Assembly: GCA_037442925.1 (NCBI GenBank)
Contig: JBBIPG010000045.1
Span: 1-19,325 of the forward strand
Direction of reading: 5' to 3'
Source of the DNA: Candidatus Fraserbacteria bacterium
Lineage (GTDB): Bacteria; Bipolaricaulota; Bipolaricaulia; RBG-16-55-9
DNA: 19,325 nt
A program made the translations under genes and the position numbers. This document shows, one piece after another, positions 1 through 7,516 of this stretch (the first letter of the stretch is position 1; each line of letters begins with the position of its first letter). A model generated the notes under the pieces. The model had not been told where the DNA came from. It was given only the letters and a program-made list of their open reading frames with translations, and made no database searches.

Positions 1-233
1 TCGAGACTGGCTACTCGGTTCTCCCTCAGTATCAAGGGAAGGGGTACGCGACGGAGATGGTCGGGGGTTTGGTTCGATGGGCGCTCAAGCATGCCGGCGT
101 GGATCGGATTGTGGCCGAGACAGAGTGGTCGAACCCGGCATCGGTGCGCGTTTTGCTGAAGGCCGGGTTTGTTCCGGATGGCGTGGCAGCAATGGAGGGC
201 AGTGTTCGATTTCTGTATTCGCGAACGGCGTGA
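1..233 (+). CDS. GNAT family N-acetyltransferase (RimJ/RimL-like), 5'-truncated by window edge
   Basis: Frame from nt 3 reads ETGYSVLPQYQGKGYATEMVGGLVRWALKHAGVDRIVAETEWSNPASVRVLLKAGF...; QGKGYA is the acetyl-CoA motif A and NPASxRVLxKAGF is motif B. Stop TGA at 231-233. Not in the supplied ORF track. Confidence 0.9.
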   Translation, partial: ETGYSVLPQYQGKGYATEMVGGLVRWALKHAGVDRIVAETEWSNPASVRVLLKAGFVPDGVAAMEGSVRFLYSRTA

Positions 234-236
234 GCC

Positions 237-316
237 GCCCAACAAGCGCTTTCACCTGACGCCGCTCCGCTCCGCTTTGCTGCGCTCCGCAACGCGGCTG
301 AACCGCAACGTTGGGT
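237..316 (+). mobile_element. Integron attC site (59-base element)
   Basis: R'' GCCCAAC (RYYYAAC) at 237-243, just after the GNAT stop. L'' TTCACCTGACG at 251-261 pairs imperfectly with L' CGCGGCTGAA at 293-302, with one extra-helical base. R' GTTGGGT (GTTRRRY) at 310-316. Total 80 bp. Confidence 0.85.
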
Positions 317-339
317 GTACGTAAGGGGGAAAGCCACGG

Positions 340-659
340 ATGGACCACACTCCGGACAACGAACACAGGCGCCTTTTCATCAATGGTCTACGTGCCATGC
401 GTGAACGCCTTGTTTGCAAGCAATGTAGAGGGAAAGAGATCAAGCTGATGATGGAGCTTGGACAAAGCGAAGGCAAGAAGCTTGATGTCAAGGTTAGCAC
501 TAGCATCATTATCCTGGTGAGTTGTCGCTTTTGAAGGAATTCCAAAGGCAAGTCACCGCAGGTAGAAAGCTTTCAGACAAACAGCTTAAGACCATCGAGC
601 GTATCCGGCGGCGTATTAGCTCAGGATACAGACAGCGGCCGAAATTTTGTAGAGGATAA
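340..659 (+). pseudogene. Probable frameshifted hypothetical gene (degenerate cassette ORF)
   Basis: ORF 340-534 follows a purine-rich RBS just after attC. A second frame, open 504-659, reads YPGELSLLKEFQRQVTAGRKLSDKQLKTIERIRRR..., which looks protein-like (helical LSxKQ motif) and suggests a frameshift near 505-513. Confidence 0.4.
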
Positions 660-675
660 CGAGGGATAGATAGCC

Positions 676-888
676 ATGAAGCAGCAGTATACAGCGGTCA
701 TCAAGCAATCCGGCCCATGGTGGATCGGCTGGATCGAAGAAGTGCCTGGAGTGAACTGTCAAGAGGCGTCGAAAGAAGAGCTGCTGGAGAGTCTCAGGGT
801 TACGCTTCAGGAGGCGTTAGAACTGAACCGTCGCGAGGCTCTACAAGCCGCGGGTGAGGACTTTGAGGAAACGTCCATCGGGATATGA
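676..888 (+). CDS. hicB: Type II TA HicB family antitoxin (short form)
   Basis: YTAVIKQSGPWWIGWIEEVPGVNCQEASKEELLESLRVTL matches the HicB partial RNase H-fold signature. ATGA overlap with hicA. Confidence 0.9.
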   Translation: MKQQYTAVIKQSGPWWIGWIEEVPGVNCQEASKEELLESLRVTLQEALELNRREALQAAGEDFEETSIGI

Positions 889-1073
889 AACGCGGGGAAC
901 TCCTAAGGCATCTCCGCGCTCACGGCTGTAAGCTCCTTCGCGAGGGTAGTCGGCACTCTTGGTGGCACAACACGAGTTTGAACAAACGGTCTGCTGTACC
1001 AAGACATCGTGAGATCGATGACGATTTGGCTCGGAAAATATGTAAGGATTTGGGCATCCCACCTGCGAAGTGA
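885..1073 (+). CDS. hicA: Type II TA HicA family mRNA interferase toxin
   Basis: 62 aa with REGSRH (catalytic His) and VPRHREI...ARKICKDLGI, a typical HicA dsRBD-like pattern. Confidence 0.92.
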   Translation: MKRGELLRHLRAHGCKLLREGSRHSWWHNTSLNKRSAVPRHREIDDDLARKICKDLGIPPAK

Positions 1074-1134
1074 TACTTCATCTATGGGAACAGCAGCGCA
1101 TCGGGCACTTACAGAAACCGGCTAGGTGGATACC

Positions 1135-1512
1135 ATGAAAAAGCGCCTGCGTAAAAAGAAGCACCTGCGAGAGTTTCAGTAGATGGGGTTCAGCGTGACC
1201 TGTCGATTGCAGCCGGGAATATCTACTGCAGACTTCGATCGATTCGTTGATGAGTTCATCGCGCAGGCCATCGAGGCGCATGGCCTCGTCTTCGGCGGAG
1301 GCGGATCACCTGACCGAGGATGGAACGGCGTGGTCTGTCGCGATCACCGCTACGAGTCAACCAACGCAGCAGACAAGACAGCCGTCGAGAATTGGTTGCG
1401 TCAGAGAGATGAAGTTGCTAGCTTCAGGCTATCTGATTTCTGGGATGTATGGTACGGGCCAGATCCGTTTGATGACGAGCTCGACAGCTCCACTGGAGCC
1501 TTCTTGCCCTAG
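1135..1512 (+). pseudogene. yggL: YggL/DUF469 family protein interrupted by an in-frame TAG
   Basis: ATG 1135 gives MKKRLRKKKHLREFQ*MGFSV..., matching the family N-terminus RRLRKKxHxxEFQELGF. TAG at 1180-1182 replaces the Glu codon. Downstream DRFVDEFI..AIEAHGLVFGGGG and W-L..R.EV motifs are retained. Confidence 0.85.
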
Positions 1513-1532
1513 CAGATGATGCTGAGTATAAT
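1504..1532 (+). promoter_or_regulatory. Sigma70-type promoter for tRNA-Asn
   Basis: TTGCCC (1504-1509), 17 bp spacer, TATAAT (1527-1532), 10 nt upstream of the tRNA. Confidence 0.75.
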
Positions 1533-1542
1533 GTTTGCACCT

Positions 1543-1618
1543 TGCCCGGTAGCTCAGTTGGCAGAGCAGCCGGCTGTTAACCGGCGGGTCGTAGGTTCGA
1601 GTCCTACCCGGGCAGCCA
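1543..1618 (+). tRNA. tRNA-Asn (GTT)
   Basis: Acceptor stem TGCCCGG/CCGGGCA, D-arm AGCTCAGTTGGCAGAGC, anticodon arm CCGGC-TGTTAA-CCGG, T-loop GGTTCGAGTCC, encoded CCA. Confidence 0.98.
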
Positions 1619-1731
1619 AGAGTCTAGGCTCTTTCGTCCATGTCTCCTCCAAGGGAAAGACGATTTCACTTGCACTTCACCTAAGGTTATAATGCCTGCC
1701 AACGGTACCTATCTCACAAGGAGGCCAAGGA

Positions 1732-2187
1732 ATGAAGAAGTTACTCGCAGCGAGCGTTCTGGCCGTCGTCGCGATAGTCATGGTGGTCAGCCCAGCATCG
1801 GCGCAATTCGGAGCTGGGGTCAAGGTCCCTCCGGAGGTCTTTCTGGCTTACCATATGTCGGAGAACCTGATGCTGGAGGCTGGACTTCCATTGGGAGGAC
1901 TGGGAGGCTTCTTCCTCACACTTGCCGTTGATGCCAACGCCAAGCTCTTCTTCGCGCCCGTCGAAGTAGCCGAGATCTCCTTGAAGCCCTTCCTGGGAGC
2001 GGGCGTCACGATTGTCTCCGTATTGGACACTCTGGTATTCACCCCACATGGACTGGCCGGCGTGGAATATCATCTGCCGGATACTCCGTTCAGCCTCTTC
2101 GGCGAGTTGGGAGTAGGACTCTCCATCACGCCGCTGGGACTTGGACTGGGTGTGGGAGGAGCAATCGGAGCACGCTTCGATTTTTAG
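1732..2187 (+). CDS. Small outer-membrane beta-barrel protein
   Basis: AAGGAGG RBS; signal peptide MKKLLAASVLAVV...PASA; alternating hydrophobic/Gly strands (PFLGAGV, LAGVEY, SLFGELG); C-terminal beta-signal GARFDF ending in Phe. Confidence 0.8.
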   Translation: MKKLLAASVLAVVAIVMVVSPASAQFGAGVKVPPEVFLAYHMSENLMLEAGLPLGGLGGFFLTLAVDANAKLFFAPVEVAEISLKPFLGAGVTIVSVLDTLVFTPHGLAGVEYHLPDTPFSLFGELGVGLSITPLGLGLGVGGAIGARFDF

Positions 2188-3686
2188 CGTCGCGTGATCG
2201 TGGCCATATAGATGTTCTGGTTGCGACAGCCCTGCGTGAGCGTCTCGATGCGAGTCGAAACGCAAGGAGGATTGCTCGGCGGCTGAGGCTGGACGTCTCG
2301 GTTGTCCGTCCAGACGACGTGTACCCTCTCGCCATCGGAGGCAAGTCCAATGTAATCTCCGATGAAGGGCAGCGCGCCGATGGAGGTATCCCACACCCTG
2401 AGATTAGGATTGAAGGATCGCTCTGTCACGCGCGCGCCGACCCCCTGCCCCTGAAGCGGGCAGCCGCTGGGATACTCCCTATAATAGACATCGAGAGCAT
2501 CGCCAATGACTCCCCTCGGGCTGAAGTTCGGATCATGGCGACTGTCGTAGAAAGCGACTCCCACATGCTGCCCATCTGCAAAGATCTGGGGCATGATCTG
2601 ATGCCCGCGATCGACGTGATCCACGCGGACAGGCTCCGTCCAGCTCTGGCCGCCATTGGCTGAACAGATGAGGAGCACTCGCGAGGTTCCTTGAAAGCGC
2701 GCGTCTTCCCAAGCAATATAAACGCCTCTCTCGTCGGCGGCGATCGTGGGGAAGCTCGTCGTGCGGAAGGTTTCGGGCCTACCGCGTGCTTGATCGTAGG
2801 GGGTGATTGTCTCGAGGGGACGCACGATATCAAAGCTCTGGCCCCCATCGCGGGAGGAGTTGAAGATCATGGCATCGCGGCTCGTCCCGAAGGCGAACTG
2901 CCGCCAGACGACGTAAAGCGTACCATCGGGCGCGACGGCCAGGGCGCACGTGCGGGTTGGGGCTCGTGTACCGCTGGCAATTACGGGCTCGGAGAAAGCC
3001 ACTCCGCCATCGGTTGAGTGCGCGATAACTGTGATCTCTGCAAAACGTGACCAGCCTACATAGACGGTCCCATCACGTGCTCCGCCACTTTGATCCACGG
3101 CAATACAGGGCTTGTCGATGAATTGGCCTTGTCCGGCAGGAGCGCGGTTGACCACCGTGATTCGTTCAAAGTTCTTCCCATGATCGCGATACTTAGCTAT
3201 GAAAACCAGAAACTCATTGTCATTCCAGCCGATGCCTCCCACATAGGCATTGCCTTGACGATCGAAGGCCACGACCGGATCGCCGGTGAAGAAGAGCGAG
3301 CGAAGTGGAGAGGTCTGCCCCTCGAGCGATGCATCCCCAGGAAAGCCGGGCAGAAGAGTGTTTGTCCACGTCTTGCCACTGTCTTCAGAGCGATAGTAAC
3401 CTAGCCAGACATCGTTTCGCTCAGGGTCGACAGGGACAAGTCGCCAGTCGTTGCCTCCGGAGATGAGCACGTTCGGGTCGGTGGGATCGACAGCGAGCGG
3501 GGGCTCATTCTGCATGTAGTTCGCGCAATCTAGCTCTGCTGTGGGTCGTGTAGCACAACGCTGGTTGTTGTTATCTCGAATCACCTTGACGTTGGGCCCA
3601 ACAACCAGAGCCGTCTCCTGAGGCAATCCCATGACAACTAGCCAAAGTACAAAGAACGACAAGGTGAGAAAGATCTTCCCTTTCAT
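2184..3686 (-). CDS. Secreted BNR/Asp-box beta-propeller protein (sialidase-fold family)
   Basis: True start MKGKIFLTLSFFVLWLVVMG at 3686, after a GGGAGG RBS. Four Asp boxes (SEDSGKTW, STDGGVAF, SRDGGQSF, SANGGQSW), plus NEP..AVDP, DKP.IAVD and FIGDYIGL motifs. Confidence 0.85.
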   Translation of the reverse strand: MKGKIFLTLSFFVLWLVVMGLPQETALVVGPNVKVIRDNNNQRCATRPTAELDCANYMQNEPPLAVDPTDPNVLISGGNDWRLVPVDPERNDVWLGYYRSEDSGKTWTNTLLPGFPGDASLEGQTSPLRSLFFTGDPVVAFDRQGNAYVGGIGWNDNEFLVFIAKYRDHGKNFERITVVNRAPAGQGQFIDKPCIAVDQSGGARDGTVYVGWSRFAEITVIAHSTDGGVAFSEPVIASGTRAPTRTCALAVAPDGTLYVVWRQFAFGTSRDAMIFNSSRDGGQSFDIVRPLETITPYDQARGRPETFRTTSFPTIAADERGVYIAWEDARFQGTSRVLLICSANGGQSWTEPVRVDHVDRGHQIMPQIFADGQHVGVAFYDSRHDPNFSPRGVIGDALDVYYREYPSGCPLQGQGVGARVTERSFNPNLRVWDTSIGALPFIGDYIGLASDGERVHVVWTDNRDVQPQPPSNPPCVSTRIETLTQGCRNQNIYMATITRR

Positions 3687-3701
3687 TGGTTGTGGACCTC
3701 C

Positions 3702-3792
<91 letters not shown>

Positions 3793-3810
3793 GAAGAAAT
3801 GCCATAGAGC

Positions 3811-3839
3811 ATTATAGCGGGATGCACAGCGCAAGTCCA
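3811..3839 (-). promoter_or_regulatory. Promoter for tRNA-Ser (and probably the downstream BNR gene)
   Basis: Minus strand TGGACT, 17 bp spacer, TATAAT (3816-3811). Confidence 0.6.
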
Positions 3840-4021
3840 AAGTCTGCTACGAGCATAGCCAGAGAGTAATGCCAGTTACTCTCATCTTGTAGAAGAGGAC
3901 AAGGTTCCTACATGAAGAGGAGCATCGGACGTTCCCATCGTGAAATGAATACATTATCTTAGGCAACCCTCGTCCTTCATCAAATTCGGTTCTTGCCAGA
4001 TCCTATGACCAGGTGAAGTCT

Positions 4022-4477
4022 ATGTCAGCAGGAGGACGAAGGTCGTTGCTGCTGGTAGTGGGGCTGCTTGCCGTTGTCATGAGTGGCTGCACCTTCCGGG
4101 TCCAGATGTCCAATGGCAGGGTATCCCAGGTCACGATTCCGGATCAAGAGATTCAACGCTTCCTCAACCGCATGGACTCTCTGACTCTACAGGTACTACG
4201 GGAGACTCAACAGTTGCAAGACGACGGACTCAGGCAAGTCGTAGTCGAGATGCGCCAAGCTTACTTCCGTTTCGTTCGGCATATCGGGGCAAATCAAGGT
4301 ACACCGGCTAACCCCTCCGAGTTGCAACTGAAGGTGCAAGCGTTTGAGATCCAGATGGCACGGCGCCTCACCACACCGGAGCGGACGATACGATACCGCA
4401 CCTTGCGCTCTTATTTCGAGCAACTGAAACAAGAGATTGGGCATTTCTATTCAGTGATTGAACGGGCGGCAAGGTAA
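4022..4477 (+). CDS. Hypothetical lipoprotein, helical
   Basis: N-terminal RR, hydrophobic stretch and lipobox-like VMSGC. Alternative GTG start at 4013. Confidence 0.7.
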   Translation: MSAGGRRSLLLVVGLLAVVMSGCTFRVQMSNGRVSQVTIPDQEIQRFLNRMDSLTLQVLRETQQLQDDGLRQVVVEMRQAYFRFVRHIGANQGTPANPSELQLKVQAFEIQMARRLTTPERTIRYRTLRSYFEQLKQEIGHFYSVIERAAR

Positions 4478-4480
4478 GAG

Positions 4481-4557
4481 TGGTACGCCCGGGAGGAATT
4501 GAACCTCCGACCTTTGGCTCCGCAGGCCAACGCTCTGATCCGCTGAGCTACGGGCGC
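4481..4557 (-). tRNA. tRNA-Arg (GCG)
   Basis: Minus strand GCGCCCGTAGCTCAGCGGATCAGAGCG-TTGGC-CTGCGGA-GCCAA-AGGTCGGAGGTTCAATTCCTCCCGGGCGTACCA; anticodon GCG. Confidence 0.97.
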
Positions 4558-4570
4558 ATCGAATGTCACT

Positions 4571-4599
4571 AGCTTAACGCACACCCAACTCAGCGTCAA
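4571..4599 (-). promoter_or_regulatory. Promoter for tRNA-Arg
   Basis: Minus strand TTGACG, 17 bp spacer, TAAGCT, 13 nt before the tRNA 5' end. Confidence 0.7.
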
Positions 4600-4680
4600 G
4601 CGCAAGACTTAATCCCCGAACTTCCCCTCCAATTGAACCGTTAGCCGACCCCGAAAACGGAGGAGAGCCAACGGTCTTTC

Positions 4681-4806
4681 ATGCTGCACCTAGCAGAGGG
4701 ACGGCTAACCGAGGCAATGGAGGCGTTCAAGCTCTACGCACAGGTAGAAGGCCGAAGCCGAAAGACACTCCAATACCCCCAGAGCACCTTCGCTGGCGAT
4801 GCATAA
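4681..4806 (+). pseudogene. N-terminal stub of a tyrosine recombinase/integrase (SAM-like domain)
   Basis: MLHLAEGRLTEAMEAFKLYAQVEGRSRKTLQY resembles the L..A...F......EGRS..T...Y start of XerC/D-like integrases. Similarity ends there and the frame stops after 41 codons. Adjacent to a tRNA gene. Confidence 0.55.
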
Positions 4807-4935
4807 GATTCACCGAATTCTCTGCCGTCCTTCCAACCCTGGCTATAGTCTCTGATCGTTTGTGACTCTGTCTGGGCTCCGTGCCCAGCTGAGCTTTTTG
4901 GTACAGGGGTGAATTCAACAAAGACTCACGAACTC

Positions 4936-4964
4936 TTGACAAAAGCTGTTCTTCGTGGTATAAG
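4936..4964 (+). promoter_or_regulatory. Near-consensus sigma70 promoter for the NYN gene
   Basis: TTGACA (4936-4941), 17 bp spacer, TATAAG (4959-4964), with extended -10 TG. Confidence 0.85.
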
Positions 4965-4980
4965 TATATCAGAAGTTGCT

Positions 4981-5023
4981 CTCCGCTGGACTGCCGAAAG
5001 GCCTCTGGCGGAGTTATCTTTTT
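4981..5023 (+). ncRNA. Structured leader RNA (GAAA-capped hairpin followed by U-rich tract)
   Basis: CTCCGCTGGA pairs with TCTGGCGGAG (two G-U pairs); 2x2 internal loop; GCC-GAAA-GGC apex; then TTATCTTTTT directly before the ATG. Confidence 0.6.
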
Positions 5024-5662
5024 ATGGCCCTCGCACCACAGATGAAACGAACGATCGCGTTCATCGATGGTCAGAACCTCTTCCATGGCGCCCGCGAAGC
5101 CTTCGGCTACACCTATCCCAACTATGACGTGATGGCCTTGGCCAAAGCCATCTGTAGTAAGCGGAACTGGCAGTTGACTCAAGTGCGCTTTTACACGGGT
5201 GTCCCAGATCCGGCAGACAATCGCTTCTGGTATGAATTCTGGTCCGGTAAACTGGGGAGCATGGGACGACAAGGCATTGCAGTATATTCTCGTACGCTGC
5301 GTTATCGCAACCAACGCGTAACATTGCCCGATGGCTCCGTGCACACGTTTCTAGCCGGTGAAGAGAAGGGAATCGACGTGCGCATTGCGATAGATGTCAT
5401 TCGTCTCGCCCACCGCAACGAATATGACGTAGCCTTGATCTTCAGCCAGGATCAAGATCTATCCGAAGTCGCTGAAGAGGTCCGCGTGATAGCTCGTGAG
5501 CAAAACCGCTGGATCAAAGTGGCGTGCGCTTTTCCGGTAAGTCCTACCAGACCGAAGCAGCGCGGCATTGACAAGACGGACTGGATTCGGTTGGATCGAG
5601 CCACGTATGACGCTTGTATAGATCCCAACGACTATCGCCCCAGGACTCTGCGCGCCCCTTAG
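5024..5662 (+). CDS. NYN domain (LabA/DUF88, PIN-like) ribonuclease
   Basis: Acidic catalytic motifs FIDGQNL, RFYTG, EEKGIDV.IA.D and SQDQDL are intact. Start at 5024 or 5042; the track start at 4976 lies inside the leader. Confidence 0.92.
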   Translation: MALAPQMKRTIAFIDGQNLFHGAREAFGYTYPNYDVMALAKAICSKRNWQLTQVRFYTGVPDPADNRFWYEFWSGKLGSMGRQGIAVYSRTLRYRNQRVTLPDGSVHTFLAGEEKGIDVRIAIDVIRLAHRNEYDVALIFSQDQDLSEVAEEVRVIAREQNRWIKVACAFPVSPTRPKQRGIDKTDWIRLDRATYDACIDPNDYRPRTLRAP

Positions 5663-5733
5663 CTCTTCATTCCACTACACCCCTGATTCATTTCCTTCAC
5701 CACTTGACAGCCCCAGGGCGTCTTGTGCTATGG

Positions 5734-5766
5734 TCAGGCATCCAGAATTGGGAGTGTTCTGCTCAT
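5734..5766 (-). other. 10-codon mini-ORF with perfect Shine-Dalgarno (micropeptide or gene stub)
   Basis: Minus strand TAAGGAGGT-CCAA-ATG AGC AGA ACA CTC CCA ATT CTG GAT GCC TGA (MSRTLPILDA), just downstream of xseA. Confidence 0.35.
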
Positions 5767-5802
5767 TTGGACCTCCTTAAAGCCCTCTTGAGGCAGTTCG
5801 TT

Positions 5803-7107
5803 TTATCCGGTTTCCTCTCTGTTTGTCAAATCCGTATGGTCTACCCCCGCCAGCTGGCCTGTACGACCCTCTTTCGCTAGAACCTCGCACGTGAGTTTCC
5901 CCCGATACAGCTGGACGCTTAGTCTCTCATGCAACTCTACTTGATGGGCAAATTTGATGACGCACCCTTCTTCATTCTCGACAACGGCATAGCCACGTCG
6001 GAGCACAGCCAAAGGATTCATGGCCTCCAAGCGCCCCAAGAGCGCTCCCAGTCGCTCTCGCATCGCTCGCTCCCGCATACGATAGGCCCGCAGGAGCAAT
6101 CCCGTCAGATGGTCAAACGTCTGTCGATACTCGCTCAGGCGACGGATGGGGCGACGAAACACGTAACTAGACATCAACATCTGCAACTTGACCTGAAGAT
6201 CCCCAAGACGCGAGCGTTGTTGATCCACTAGCTGTATGAGCAATTCCTTCGAGCGACTTACAATCTCATCACGGTGGGGCACAACCAGCTCAGCAGCCGC
6301 CGAAGGCGTTGGAGCTCGCAGATCCGCTACAAAGTCGGCGATGGTGAAATCGATCTCATGTCCCACAGCCGATACGACTGGGATCTTCGAGTGGAAGATC
6401 GCCCGCGCGACGACTTCTTCATTGAATGCCCAAAGGTCTTCGAGAGAGCCGCCACCCCTACCCACGATGAGCACATCGATTCTTCCTTGTTGCAGATGAT
6501 AGATATTGGCCAGCTCAATCCCGTGAGCGATCTCTTCTGCTGCGCCTTCGCCCTGAACCTTGACGGGGAAGATCAACACGTCCACCAGGGGATAGCGTCG
6601 CGCGATGATCGAAATCATATCCCGAATGGCTGCTCCTTCTGCGGAAGTCACGATCCCGATGCGCTCTGGTAGCGTGGGGACCGGCCGCTTGCGGAGCTCG
6701 TCAAAGAGTCCTTCCGCCTTCAATCGCTCTTTGAGTTTCTCGAAGGCCAGCTGCAGCTTGCCCAGACCGGCGGGTTTCATCCGACGCACTTCGAGCTGGT
6801 ACTTGCCCCGCGGACCATAGACTGTGACCATCCCCAGAGCCAGCACGTTCATGCCATCTTCGGGCTGAAAGTCAAGATATAGACTGAGCTGATTGAACAT
6901 GACGGCATTGATTTCCGAGGATTCATCTTTGAGAGTGAAATAGAGATGACCGGATGGATATTTACGAAAGTTGGAGATCTCCCCCTCGACCCAGATCTCC
7001 GGGAAGTTTACTTCCAGCAGTTCGCGCACAAGCTCGTTCAGTTGGGAGACGGTGTATAGATTGGGCTCATTCTCATCTCGGAAGGGGAGCTCGCGCATCT
7101 CTGCCAT
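5803..7107 (-). CDS. xseA: Exodeoxyribonuclease VII large subunit
   Basis: YTVSQLN, WVEGEISNF...SGHLYFTLKD (OB fold), RGGGSLEDLWAFNEE, SAVGHEIDFTIADFVADLRAPTPSAAAE, PLAVLRRGYA. Start at 7107 or 7098. Confidence 0.98.
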   Translation of the reverse strand: MAEMRELPFRDENEPNLYTVSQLNELVRELLEVNFPEIWVEGEISNFRKYPSGHLYFTLKDESSEINAVMFNQLSLYLDFQPEDGMNVLALGMVTVYGPRGKYQLEVRRMKPAGLGKLQLAFEKLKERLKAEGLFDELRKRPVPTLPERIGIVTSAEGAAIRDMISIIARRYPLVDVLIFPVKVQGEGAAEEIAHGIELANIYHLQQGRIDVLIVGRGGGSLEDLWAFNEEVVARAIFHSKIPVVSAVGHEIDFTIADFVADLRAPTPSAAAELVVPHRDEIVSRSKELLIQLVDQQRSRLGDLQVKLQMLMSSYVFRRPIRRLSEYRQTFDHLTGLLLRAYRMRERAMRERLGALLGRLEAMNPLAVLRRGYAVVENEEGCVIKFAHQVELHERLSVQLYRGKLTCEVLAKEGRTGQLAGVDHTDLTNREETG

Positions 7108-7193
7108 GGTGAGATGATGGTAATCCATCTCGAGGGGAAAGACAATGAACTCAGGACTTATGCAGACAGATGAAGGTTCCCTGCAGTCAAGCA

Positions 7194-7514
7194 TCAAGCT
7201 AACTGCGAATTCTTTCTTTGCACTATCTCCTGCCTTCTAAACCGGCTTCTCACTACAGCCACCAGAGGAATATCCAGCACATTGAAAGCAATGAGAATAG
7301 CCAACACTAGCGCTATATCACGGTGGTCACTGGAGATGGCCAGCAGCATTGCAAGCACTAACGCAATCCAAGCATTGATGAAAGCAAGTGGCTTCCAGCG
7401 GAAGAGGGCGAGAGCGAAGAGAAACTCAAGGATGATCCCCAGGGTTAGCAAGGTCACTAGTCCCTCGGTAGAACGGAAGAAGACTTCGATAGTATCTACT
7501 GTCTCGATCGGCAT
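7194..7514 (-). CDS. Small membrane protein (about 3 TM), candidate immunity protein
   Basis: 106 aa from MPIETVD, starting 2 nt after the upstream stop. Three hydrophobic segments and a basic C-terminal tail. Confidence 0.7.
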   Translation of the reverse strand: MPIETVDTIEVFFRSTEGLVTLLTLGIILEFLFALALFRWKPLAFINAWIALVLAMLLAISSDHRDIALVLAILIAFNVLDIPLVAVVRSRFRRQEIVQRKNSQLA

Positions 7515-7516
7515 AG

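Noticed and set aside
1074..1134. Second attC between hicA and yggL
   Set aside because: Only a GCTAGGT resembling R'. No RYYYAAC box and no L-box complementarity.
1180..1182. Genome-wide amber recoding
   Set aside because: TAG is the evident true stop of several intact genes here (OMP ending in Phe, NYN, HTH antitoxin), and reading through the ATG-TAG at 8949 meets TGA within ten codons.
1618..1634. Terminator after tRNA-Asn (AAGAGTCTAGGCTCTTT)
   Set aside because: Short AT-rich stem and only a minimal U tract; too weak to call.
4572..4646. attC-like GCTTAAC...GTTAGCC pair
   Set aside because: No inner L-box pairing, the right box deviates from GTTRRRY, and the left part is explained by the tRNA-Arg promoter.
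4727..5344. 205-aa minus-strand ORF as a protein antitoxin for NYN
   Set aside because: It is antisense to the NYN gene and its promoter, with no RBS or recognisable domain.
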